Assembly: GCA_047967505.1 (NCBI GenBank)
Contig: CM106538.1
Strand: one strand, 5' to 3'
DNA: 64,000 nucleotides
DNA from: Dipteris shenzhenensis
Lineage: Eukaryota
The notes beneath the pieces were generated by a model, which was not told the origin of the DNA, ran no database searches, and worked only from the letters and a program-made list of their open reading frames with translations. Positions 11,578 through 23,611 of this stretch are shown piece by piece. The position numbers and the translations under genes were made by a program. Every line of letters starts with the position of its first letter. The stretch's first letter is position 1.

Positions 11578-12050
11578 TGTTAGGTATCTCTCTCTAAAGA
11601 TGTAAGCATAGTGAAGGGCTATATATCCATCATACCTCAGTTTGTCAAATGAATATTTCACAAGTGTGGAGTTGCATACACTTGAATCACTTCTAGGAGT
11701 CTATAAAGCATTCCTGCTTTTCCTTGCACCATGTGTAACGACCACTGAGGGAATCCCAAGTTCCTCATCAAGACTCATTTCGGAGCCAATTGACTCTCCA
11801 TCAACATGCAGTCTCATAAAACAGTCCATAATGCAATGTGGACTTCACATACCTCTGTACTTAGCTTCTGTGCTTGACAAGGCAATTGTAGGCTACTTCT
11901 TGCTGCTCCAACTGATTGCAACACTCCCAAGAGAAAACATAAAACCACTAGTAGATCTCCTGTTTAAGATACTACCAGCCTAATCAGCATCTATGTACCA
12001 ATTTACCACAATAGGACTCCCAGCCTCATAAAACAATCCATAATGCAATG
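11578..12050 (-). mobile_element. Ty1/Copia RNase H remnant with LTR end
   Basis: Minus strand encodes RSTSGFMFSLGSVAISWSSKK*PTIALSSTEAKYR; ends in ...CCTAACA at 11578. Confidence 0.8.
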
Positions 12051-12689
12051 TGGCAGAGAGTAAAATTTTTTTCAACTCTAGCCAAACATATCAACCCCAA
12101 GCATCAACCTTGGGTTACTACCTTAAGAAATTTTCTTTATTTCTTAAAAAGAAGCCACTTGATAAACAAATCAGGCTAGGTATTGGACACGAATGCATAG
12201 AGCTTGCAATTTTGACCATTTCACCTTTTAATAGAAGAGCGATTTGAGCTAACCATGAAAAGTTATGACTCGGGAAGAGTTTAGGGTTTAACCCTAAACC
12301 TACACCCATTTCCTATAAAACTCCACTCCACCCATTTAGGTTTAAGGTGTAGGTCTAACCCTAAACCTACACCCATGTCCTATAAAAACCCACTCCACCC
12401 CCTCAAACTTCTTCTTTTACATCTAGCCTCCATCCTCTTCCCCATTCCGAGCCCTACACAAGCCACTCCTCCCTCTCCATCGACCACCACCCTACTCCCA
12501 TCCTCCCTGTGCCCTACTCCCATACTCACACGGTGAGTTATTTTGAGCCCTTTGCGCTACAAGAGCATAGCCATCTACCCACCATCCATTCACTCTCAAT
12601 AATCCTGTTACATCGAGAAAGACTTGGAGAGCGTCTAGGTGACCATCTCTTCCTCCCTTTGGATTTTCGTCAAAGTTTTCCATTCGTCA

Positions 12690-13020
12690 AGTTTTCCCCT
12701 CCCCCTCCACCCCAACCACCCTCCACCTCTACCCCCCCCCCCCCCCCCCCTTCACCACCCCCTCCATTTCCTCCCCTCCCCTCAACCATCCCCCTCCATT
12801 TCCTCCCCCCTTCTCCCCTTTTTCCCCCATTCCCTCCATTTTCCCACCCCCCCTCCACACCCACACCCACACCCACCCCCCTCCCCCTCCACCCCCACAC
12901 CCCTATCCCTCCATCCCCTTCCCCCCACCCCTTCCATCTTCTCCATCCACCCCCTTTCCCCCCTCCTCCATCCCCTCGACCACCCCACCCCCTCCTCCAC
13001 CACCCCTCTAGCCCCCTTTC
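12690..13020. repeat. C-rich low-complexity tract (G-runs on minus strand)
   Basis: Runs of C separated by T or A; produces spurious Pro- and Gly-rich ORFs. Confidence 0.9.
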
Positions 13021-13022
13021 AT

Positions 13023-13168
13023 CAACTCCGTGTCTATTACTTTGTTGCGTCCTTTCCCTTAAGGCACAATAGAGGTCATCCTTAGGTCTTCATCATCTCT
13101 CCATAGTCGTGGGAGAGAGCTATCCACATCAACAAGAAACTTAGAAATATATACAAGTGACTCTTGTA
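13023..13168 (-). mobile_element. Short fragment of a CACTA transposase coding region
   Basis: Closely matches 49518-49663 inside the CACTA element in this window. Confidence 0.85.
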
Positions 13169-16067
13169 GTTCAAATCCCTCAGTTAGACTTAAAGAACAT
13201 TCACACCAACCTTAAGACCAAGGATCCCCCCCCTCCCCACAAAAAAGGCCCATTTTACCCCTACTTCAACCCTTCATATCTCACCCGCTTGGGACCCAAA
13301 TTGGACCCCATTTGAACCATGATTTCACACATGGAAACACCATGCTATGGGGCATTTCTCTAGCCCATTGCACACCATTCTAGCATCCCTATCACTCGCT
13401 CATTTGTGCCCCCATGTGGGCCTCCTTTCACTTTAATTCGCTTTTATATTTCTGCTGCTATGACCTTCGATTGAGGATCCCTCTGCACCGGCACATTTCC
13501 TTACATGTGGGATAATCCTAGGCACATTATTAACATGACGGTCCCTACAACACTAACACATCGCTAACCCTCCTAACATAAGTACATCAACACTTGCACT
13601 TGCGGTGGCAAATACACCCTCTATAACTCTCGCCCACTCTGCATGTAGCTATGCTCTCGCAATGCCTCCAACTCCAACGCACACCAAATCCACATACAAC
13701 TCCGTTGCAACCACCACCTCTAATAATCCTCTATCTCGATTCCCCCCCTGAAATTCAAGAAATCCCTTTGACTCCTCCACGCCACAACATGGTTGGACGC
13801 CGTTGCTCGACAATGATGGGGATATTAACCTCAATGCGGAGGGTAACAATTTCTCAATCACAGAAATAATAACAATCTAGGCAGGCGCCCCTTAGGAGAA
13901 TTAGAACTTTCCAAATATAATGGTAGGGGAGATCCATCCCGTTTCCTCCAGCATTTTGATACTGCATGCCGAGCAAGTGAAGATCAATCCAATGAAACCA
14001 AGGTGGCCTGGTTTCCCATGGCCTTAACCGATGAAGCATCAAAATGGTACCTAATCCTCCTAGTGAAAGAGAGAGCCACATGGGACCTTCTTCAAATAGA
14101 ATTCAAGAGGCACTTTCAAATGGAGAGACTACAAGATGATCCCGCCCTCCAACTCAGCAAGATCGAACTAGGCCATCGAGAAGATGTACGCATGTATCTG
14201 GGCAAGATGAAAATATTAATTACCAAATGTGACCCACGCCTCGATGCAAAGTACCCCACGGCCTAGTTCATTGCAGGACTAAGGAAGAAAATCTGCAAGG
14301 ATATGAAAAAGATTAGCCACCGTTATGAAATGTTCAGTGCTGCTCATGTGACAGCCATTGACATCAAGGATGGCATGACTGACTCTGACACCAACAGTGA
14401 TGATGGAAGATCCAGTGCACGAGATAAGCACTCTAAAAAGGGCAAATCCAAGTCCACTACCAAAATGTCAAATGAAGATTGCCTAGAGGCCATGACCATG
14501 AAGCTTGAAAGAAGACATAATGCAAGCCATGGAACAGAAGCTTCACTTGTCTCAGCCACCACCTCAGACTTATCCACGATAAGAAAATGTATCATGCCCA
14601 CACTGCATGGCCAATCATACAACAAATGAGTACCCGGTCCTAAGAGCTAGAATCACTACACAAGCAAATCCACCGCCAAGGTTGTAGTGCCATATCTACA
14701 TTGTCGGTGGCCACGATGAAAACAGTTGCATCTTCAACATGTGCAACAACTCGCCTTGACCTCAACAATACCAATCAGCACCCATGCTAGTGTACAGGCA
14801 ATCGGCACTTGCACAAGCACCCCCAGCTCTGAGACTGAATCTTGTTCTTGTTCAGACACAAGTACCACAACTACTCAGGAATCCAAATCCACGACCATAT
14901 CCAAGAGCGCCAAATCCATCTCCTCAGGTAGTTCCCATACAACAACTACAAGCCAAGGAAGTAGATTCGCCATCCGAGTATGAAGCAGAGTACCCAGTGT
15001 ACTATATAGAAGGTGCAGAGGGTCTAATACCAGTCTATGCAAATCAAGTTCAACCCAATACAAATCAAGCACCAATCAAGTGCTACATTTATGGAGAAAA
15101 TCACTGGATAGTAGAGAGTCCTCATCATGGTAGTCCCACTACTTTCCAACCACTCTACAGAGATTGTGGCATCATGCATGTATGGATTGTCCCATGAAAA
15201 ATAAGGTCCAACAACAAACAGATGTTAAGCCTGACATCCCAATCCACATTATTGGGATGGACCATCAAAATCTGGGGCCGGCAAGTGTAATATCACAACC
15301 TGTGAATGTAATTACACACCAGCAGAAAGAGGCCACCAAGGACCCTAACATTCCAATTCAACCAAGACGATTTCTTAAAAAGATTGCACTACTGCCTCTA
15401 CCTCTACCAAGCAATGAGCAGCCAAGCTCATCCACATCAAATCTCGAGCCTCAAATAAAAGAAGCTCCATACCCAAATGCAGAAGTGGAGAAGGCTCATT
15501 TTCAGGCACTTCAACAATGGGTACAAAAGGAACAAGCTCAATTTGAGGATGAAAAACAAGCTCAAGATCCCATCCATGACTTGGCCCCATAGAGTATTCA
15601 TACTGTACTCGAGCTTCTGTTCCAACAACAGACTCCACAACATAATGTACCGCCACATCAACTTGAAGGAGCCACACTCTCCAACATCCTACATTGCCCT
15701 GTGTTAATTCCCATTGGAATCCTCCTACGGAATTGTCTCAATCTCTAGGAGAGTTTCAAAGGCTAGATTGAACTCACAAATCCCCCGCCACCTATGGACG
15801 ACATCGAAGATATCCCAGTAAGGATGGGTGAGAGAGATGACATATGCAACATTAATGTGCCTTTGATCCACAAGGCATATAATGAAGTCCAAGCTATAGT
15901 GGATGGTGGAGCAGGTGTAAATGTCCTGTCAAAGGAGCTCTACAATGAATGCGATCTCCCACCAATGCAAAAGGCTAATTTCAACATACGCCTTATCGAC
16001 GATTCATGGGCTAAACCCTTGGGAATAGTGAATGGTGTGTCAACAAAAGTCGCAAGAGTTCGCTTTT

Positions 16068-17481
16068 AAGAGTGTAACATCTAATTCGAGAATTGTAACC
16101 TCAAAATGAGAACTCTAGAGGAATCTTTTAAAGATTCCCTTCTTTTCATGTGAATTTTACATATTTTTTAAAAAGATGGCCATTTTGCACAATGTCTTTT
16201 GACAAAAGACATAAAAACCATCTTTTTTTGAAAACATTTTGATAATGGTTTTTCAAAAAACAACCATGAAAACCTTTACTTAGAATACAAAATCCACATA
16301 AAATGCAATAATGTCTCAAAACCATTACAATATGGACCTATGCATCCAATGCAAATAAAAGGACCATGGCATGACATATTTTAAAAGTCTAATGTGCTAG
16401 AAATTATAGTGCTTCACAAATATACATGCCATTGATTCTACAAAGAATAGTACTCATCCTTAGATCCTATACCTTTAAATGCACTAGAGCTAAAGCTTTG
16501 TGGGGTAAAAGTTGTAAGAGCCTTCCTCCTCCAAACTATCCACTAGAATATTCTCTGAGTCAACCTACCCAAGTTGAGATGCCACCCTCTTTCTTGCATG
16601 GCATATCTTGGCTTTAACTTGTGCACTACATCCAATCAATGTCTTTGGAATCTTTCAGGATAATGTTATGTATTGTGTCACCTTTGGCAATTGCCGTGCT
16701 TGTCTCAATTGAAATGCATATATCATAATATCTAACCCGATTGCTCACTCAATGATATCATCTACCAAGCTCTACCTTGCTTGCTTTATGCAACCAAGCT
16801 ATATGCTTGGTCAATGATATCATTGACCAAGTGAGCCAAAAACTTTGAAAGCTCTAAATTATTTGAGGAAAAAGGTAAATTTTTTGTAGATTCATATTTT
16901 GGTAATTTTGACATTAGAAATGAGCTCGAAAGGCCCTCAAACCCTAAAAACGGCTGCAAACATGGATACCTTCCGATGATGTTTTGAAATGCTGATTGAC
17001 CTAGCACGTGGGCGCATGCTTTTTTCTCCAGGCATTTCAAAAAATTCATTGGAAGGTATCCGTGTTTACAGCCGTTTTTAGGGTTCAAGGGCCTTCCAAG
17101 CTCATTTTTCCATTCTTTCTATATGTGATTTAAAAAGTGGGTGAAAAGTCTCGTTTGGACAATAATGAGTAGAACATGCTATTAGGTGCAACAAGTTAAG
17201 ATAATAAAAGTTATTTTTTTATAAAAATACAAAGGGCACGAAAGGTAAAATCTTTAAGACTTTGAGAATATAGAAAATCGAAAGATATTTTGCGATATAG
17301 TGGAGGCTCTTTTTAATTTATAAGCATGATGTTTGAAAAATATATGAATTCTGTAACTTTTTAGTTTTTGACTACGCAAAATATAGCTTTTTTCTAAAAA
17401 AAGCTTTAGTTTTAATGAATTTTTGGGGGAATCTTAAAACGGGTACCAATGTTACATACCTAAAATAGATGTTACACTATT
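16068..17481. mobile_element. Non-autonomous TIR element with 4-bp TSD inserted in the Gypsy protease
   Basis: TIR AAGAGTGTAACATCTA / TAGATGTTACACTATT; TSD TTTT at 16064-16067 and 17482-17485; removal restores the VRFSLQFIILD frame. Confidence 0.75.
16918..17107. repeat. Long imperfect inverted repeat (~75-bp arms, ~40-nt loop)
   Basis: AAATGAGCTCGAAAGGCCC...TTGAAATGC pairs with GCATTTCAA...GGGCCTTCCAAGCTCATTT. Confidence 0.9.
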
Positions 17482-18958
17482 TTTTCCCTTCAATTCATAA
17501 TCTTAGATCTCTCCAAGAAATCCTATCAGATCTTATTGGGACATCCTTAGTTATGAGAAGCATCAGTCCTCCATGACTGGGGAACTGATAGACTGACAAT
17601 TCAAAATCACGACACCGCAGTCAAGGTGAATGTGGGGGCATAAGCTATAAAACCAATTGTGCTTAGAGCATTGGATAACATATCTTTAATGATGATCTCA
17701 AGCAAATCAGTTCCCCAGCAATAGCATGCCATAGCAGGCGATTCACAAAGCAATGTCAATAACTGGATACAAACATTTGCAACCATCGACAACTGCCATT
17801 CATTAGACCCCATCTTCTTGCAGACAGATGCCAAGGTGATACAGGTAGATCCTCAACTCACCAATGAGGAACCAATCGATCTAGAGGTGTCATTCTTTAT
17901 GGCTGACCTCGAATGGGATAATCAACCTGAAGAAGGCACCCATACAAATGATGACTCTTATTTTCCTTGGGACCTTGAAACTGATGCTGAGTGCTGAAAT
18001 TGAAGATCAAGTCTTTGATAATAATTTAGCCATTCTGCATGCCCTAATGGCAATCAAGCTCCCAAAAGTTGAACCTCCAAAGTTGAATAATAGTAGAAGA
18101 TCTCGCAAGAAAGTTGAAGGAGGAAATCACAAAAAAACCAAGGCCAAACACTTCAATGAATTCCAACAAGTCCAAACAAGGATCATCGAATTGTATCTTG
18201 CAAAGCCATCTCCCTCAAAATCAAAACCACCACCTCTTGAATGGTCTCCTGAGGGAGTGGAAGGAGTATGCACAGCAAATGAACCCTTGGGAACACCTTA
18301 CCAGTGGAAAAGTTACCCCGTAGTTCCCAATGTAAGAAGTTTCGAAAGTATAAACAACATGTGCGGATGAAGCTCAATCAAGAGACTTCAAAAAAAGAAG
18401 TAAAAAAGAGCCTAACAAATTGGTTAATGAAACTATGCCACCCAGTACACATGGCACATGTCAGGGTAGTTCAACACCATTAGAGGCTGATCTTCGAGAG
18501 GTGCCAAAATACTTCAAGAATTACATAAGTGGCAGTGTCCCCATAGCAATGCCAAGACCACTAAGAGAATCTGATGTCCAAGAAATCGATAGCATTGGAG
18601 AAACTCCAATCTATGAGGGACCGGGGAAAACTCAAACAATAAACCTCGCCCTTGAAGGGAGGAAGAAAAATTGGTATTCATTAGGAAATAGCTTCGACAG
18701 GAAGATGAAACCAAACTCAAAGCACCCCTAATGGAATACCGTGATTACCTAGCATGGGCATACAAAGAGATGAAAGGAATTTCACCAAACATGGCAGTAC
18801 ACATGATACCTATAAGGAAAGGTGCCCACCCTAAGGTGTGTGGACCTTATCGCACAAATCCTAAGTGTGGCACCATGGTTTATATGATGAGCTGGAAAAA
18901 TTCTTATATGCCAAATTTATCTATGAGATTGAGCACACTAATTGGGTTTCACACATAA

Positions 18959-18983
18959 GACCGTATTAGATAATTTGGGAAAA
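18959..18983 (+). repeat. Putative left terminal inverted repeat of a large DNA transposon
   Basis: GACCGTATTAGATAATTTGGGAAAA, same family as 6628-6652; begins where the Gypsy RT breaks off. Confidence 0.65.
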
Positions 18984-19870
18984 ACACAATTTCCAGAATG
19001 GCAGTTTTGGAAGAAATTGTAGCTCCCCTCAATGAAAAAACTGGAGAAATATGTGAAAATAGACTAGATAGCCATTCATGGTGTGAAATATCAACTACAT
19101 TCTCAAATAATAAATAGAATATCAGTGTCTAAACTACGTTATCATCAACAAAATAATGAACTTTGAAACCCATTTGAGTTAGATTCATCTCCTAAGTCAT
19201 AGTGATGTTCAAAAACACCTTCATAATAGCGAGTCTCTGGAATTTCCATTGATATTGAGACTCGTTTTTGTTGTGAGCATTCTCATTTTAAAATCTCCAA
19301 AACACCGTTTAAAAAATGTAGAGTGTAATTAATAACCATGAGTATTGCAATGAAAACGCACAGGCTCTTTAACTTAGTAAGATATGTAGTTGATGGAAAA
19401 TCAAGATATATAGTTGAGGAGAATGAATGCAAGTGTAGTTAATGGAAAATCAATGGGCAATGACAAGCATTTGATGTAATTTAGGTGGCAATGACAATCA
19501 TTTATTGTGCACTTTCAATGTTTAGACTGACCAGCATTATTGTAAAAGGATAACATTACATGTCATGTTGATTACTCATTGCAAAGTAAAAAAGTACACT
19601 TTAGGATGAAAACATAACAACTTGTTGATGCACCATTGAAATCCCTGAAATAAATCATGATTCCAAAGAAACTCTCAATTTGTAGCCCCAAAGAGAATGG
19701 CACCGGAAAGAATGGCATGAGAGACACTCCTTCAAAATACATTATGAATGTAGTTATGAACATATTTGCATATTATTCACACACAACAATTACGCACCAA
19801 TTTACATAGTTGGCAAGAAAGTAGTAATTCCCATAAGTAATGATTGTATAAAGAAATACAATGTTGTTAT

Positions 19871-20299
19871 TCAAAACTCATAGTCTGCAAATAGCTCCTC
19901 TCCTGCATGTATATCATCTATGGATTCAATAAAAATGTGACCATATTCTGCAATATCTATGTTCATCATGGGGTCATACCAAGGTGGAACATTAGGGGAA
20001 AATACATAACAAACATTTGGCTTTACATTGGTATTTCTATTGCTATTAATAAATCCTGCCTCATTGCCATATCGAACATCACCAACAATATGCACCATAT
20101 CCTTCATAGGGACAGTAGGATCCTGTTGGATAGAGTACTTCTTTAGCGTTGGATGAACTCTACATAATTCCTTCCAGTCTCTGTAGGAGTACTTGTCACC
20201 TCCATAATGGAGAATAGTAGTCCCTCTCTTGATGGAGTCATGCACAAACAAGCCCAAGCCAGCACCTGTAATGGTTGACTCATGCACCTCGAAAGCCAC
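19871..20299 (-). CDS. Minimal SET-domain protein (putative lysine methyltransferase); frame extends upstream through a TGA to ~20450
   Basis: ESTITGAGLGLF, GNEAGFINS...KPNV, DIHAGEELFADY; no pre-SET or post-SET cysteine clusters; intronless. Confidence 0.85.
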   Translation of the reverse strand: MAFEVHESTITGAGLGLFVHDSIKRGTTILHYGGDKYSYRDWKELCRVHPTLKKYSIQQDPTVPMKDMVHIVGDVRYGNEAGFINSNRNTNVKPNVCYVFSPNVPPWYDPMMNIDIAEYGHIFIESIDDIHAGEELFADYEF

Positions 20300-20494
20300 A
20301 TTTTTTATTCAGAACACTTCGTTGTTAGGGACAGGTAACTTTGGTGGTCCAAATGGATCTCGTTCTAGTATGTACCTACTCAAGCTTGATTTGAACGTAT
20401 ATCTATCTACATCACAAAAGACAAATTCAATTAGCTGCAACAACCGTTATATAGACTTGAGATAAAATCAAAAAACACTTTGACATATGTACCT

Positions 20495-21748
20495 TCATGA
20501 AATATACGCATTCTGTAGTCGGTTTATGTAGCCCTTAGCAATGTATTTCTTGATATAGCAACCTTTGTACCCTAGGTCTATAGCCAATTGAGAAACTTGC
20601 ATAGCATTCATGCTAGAGAGTTGCGGAGCATTCCTTAAAAGTCTTATTTGGGATGCATTAAGTTTAGGCACCTGGCCATCACCACCATGGGTTGCCCTAG
20701 GGTGTACACCCTTTGGTTCTGTATTACCACCTATATCCCTCTCTCTTAGTTCATCTGCAAGAGGAAGATTTCTTGTTTTATATTCCATTCTTGACCATGC
20801 ACGATTTTCCTCCCTCCATTCATCAATTACTTTCTGGACATCCTTATGCCCCTCCATCACAGGTAATTGTCCATACCGATTTGTCTCAATCATGCTGCGC
20901 ACATCTTTAGTTTCATCGACTTGTAGTAAGTACGGCATCAACTCTCTCAGTAGAATATTATCATCCTTGTCTTGTACATCAAACGTTGAAGGAAATATGC
21001 AATTTGATGGAGGGCTAATGCAAGCCTTGTATGGGGAGTCATCAACAAGGATTGTCCTTCTAGCATCACATCCAAATGCCTTTGAGATTTTTGCTAAGGG
21101 TTTGAACATTGCCTCAACACCAACCTTGTCAGACCTATTTATCCTCGTCTTACTGTAAGTGTAGCATCCTTGCTGAGACCATATAACAAAGAAAGGGAGG
21201 GTCTCATTTGCATAATTTTGTAGCTTTCCTACCATATCAAGTACGTTATACTCCATCGTAGTTGACCAAATACCTACATTAAATCTTTGTAGCAAGATTT
21301 TAAGAAATTCTATGCACCTAGGACGAACAACCATATAACTATTTTTGCCATGCATAATAGACGAATGTATTGGAGACTTGAATAGGCAGCGACTTAATAA
21401 TAGGCCATTCAAGTCTAATATGATTGTTAATCATGGCATATCCAAAGAAATTGTATGTGGATATAGATCCAAATTCTCCTTGAAGTTGCTGGCTTCTGAC
21501 TCATCCAAATTGTCAGGTGCTATGTTTTCATACATGTTTGCAACAACAATAAGATTATCTAGTCTTGTCCCCAATGTTGAGATAGTACGTTCATCCATGT
21601 TCTCTTCTAAAAGTATAGGATTCATGATATTCCTTGCAATTTTCTCCATTTTTGGGGTTATGTTTTCTTCTATACCTCCTGTATCCATCATGTAATTGAT
21701 AGTCCCCATTTTGGGTGGTATGTTGTCCTCTACATTTGATGTCTCCAT
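20495..21748 (-). pseudogene. FCP1/NIF-family HAD phosphatase-like gene with one in-frame TGA
   Basis: IILDLNGLL, VVRPRCIEFL, VGIWST, FKPL, TILVDDSPYKA; ORF 21431-21748 is in frame across a TGA (probably from CGA). Confidence 0.8.
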
Positions 21749-23329
21749 ATCCTTCCCTGTGGAAGTTGAGGAATATAGAAATATTTTGATTCGTTAGAGT
21801 GTATTCAACAATGTCAAAGCACAAAAGCATATGAAACTAATAAATAAAAATAAAGTACGAACATTATCCATCACCGTTCACTGATTCCATTGTCTTTTTG
21901 GGGAATGGCACTGGTGCCAATCTCTCTAAAGGTCAATTGAGAATGCAAATAGTGCAACCTTTCTCTCTGAACTCATAGAGAGAATGGCACTAGTGCCATT
22001 CTCGAACTCTCACAACCTATTGTCACAAATTTCTCTCAAACTCAATTTTTCCAAAAAAAAATTTAGAAAACAATCTATTACAAATTTCTCTCTCAACCTC
22101 AAAACCACTCAAACCTCCCTACCTATTACGTATGCAACAACTTCAATACAAAATTTAACCATAAATCTCTCCAAAAACTCTTCTCACGACACTTTATTAA
22201 TATGAGAAATCCATTTATAATATTTTTACTCAATATAATAAATTTTTATTAACTAATGTTAAAATATAATTTTGCTAAAAATTCATATTGTTAATCTATA
22301 AATTAATATAAATATTATATAATTATCATATAAATATATATATATATATATATATACATTAATTTAAAAAATATAACAATGAAAATATTTTTGAAAGCGA
22401 GTTCTTCTAGCATATGTGCTTTATCTAATACTTATTCTTTAAACAATGAAGAATTAATGAATGTATTTGTAAGGTAGTTCTTAATATGAAAAATCTCTAT
22501 AATATTCTTTCTACTATTAATTAGATATTAAATTTTAGTCTTAATAAAAATATACATTATTAACTTAAAAACTAATATAAATATAATGTAATTATTGTAT
22601 AAATTTAAATAAATATATAAATTATTAATATTATACATTAATAACATTTAAAATTATGTATATTATATACTAATAACCTTTAAATTTTAAAAAGGTAGTC
22701 AATCAAAGAATTGAATTAATTTAAAAAATAAGAAAATATTAAATTTTTCACGCGTGCTTTTAGCATGTATGCTTTTCTTCCATGTGTATAATACTTGTTA
22801 GTCGAAGAATGAAGAATTAGATAATGTATTTATAAGGAAAACCATAGAATCTAGAAGAGGTTTAGCATACTTGCTTATCTTTGTTATAGTATAATACTTT
22901 GTAAAAGCTTTAAGGCTTTGCACAAAACTATAGTATAATTAAATCCATATCATTTTTTTACTTTAGCAACCACCAGATATCCATGGTATGAATCCATGAT
23001 ATGGAATACATATTTCTTTTGAATATTTCTTATCACATACTTCTTTATTTCTTCCGATACACCATGCAACATGAATATAAGAAAATATAAATCGGTGTGC
23101 TTTTAGCCTATGTGCTTGTTCCTAATCAATAGGATACTTTGACTAGGTAGACTTATAATTACTTAAAGTAAAGCCTTTGTAAAGGATCATACCTAGTATT
23201 GGATATAAACAAAACACTTTGGAAAGCATATAATATATAGTCTATATATATCTAAACTAAATACTTTGGAATGCATATTTTATATAGTTTATATACCTTA
23301 GATCTTACACGCTAAATCTTAAATCCTAA

Positions 23330-23611
23330 AGTTCCCTAAATCTTAGGTTATACAATCTAAGCTCTTAAACTTATATAACAGTTCTAATCCCTAAACCCTA
23401 AACCTTAAACCCTAACCCCTATAGCTTAAATTCTAAAACCCAATTTCTAGATCCTAAACCCTAGATTCTAGACTCTAAGCTCATGACCTTATATACTAAA
23501 CCCTAAACCCTAAATGCTAAACCCTAAAATAATAATCATAAATCCTAAACCCCAAATGCTAAATCCTAAGTCCTTAACCCAAACCCTAAACCCTACATCC
23601 TAAACCCTAAA
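23330..23611 (+). repeat. Degenerate plant telomere-like (CCCTAAA)n tract, continued at 26245-26335
   Basis: Repeated AAACCCT and variants; interrupted by LTR element copy 2. Confidence 0.85.

Larger units (their letters stand above)
13165..18958 (+). mobile_element. Degenerate Ty3/Gypsy 5' half (candidate LTR 13165-13549, gag, protease, start of RT)
   Basis: TGTAG...CTACA; gag FPMALTDEASKWY...WDLLQIEFKRHF; protease AIVDGGAGVNVL; RT start EYRDYLAWAYKEMKGI; many stops and frameshifts. Confidence 0.8.

Noticed and set aside
12509-13085. Extensin-like Pro-rich or Gly-rich proteins
   Set aside because: Artefact of C-rich low complexity; open in several frames with no signal peptide or SP4 regularity
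6628-18983. The two matching termini as TIRs of a single element spanning 6.6-19 kb
   Set aside because: The CACC/GACC outer ends abut the intervening Gypsy sequence, so the elements extend outward and belong to two separate copies
22200-22760. Very AT-rich stretch as an origin or RNA gene
   Set aside because: No structure beyond base composition and a short (TA)n
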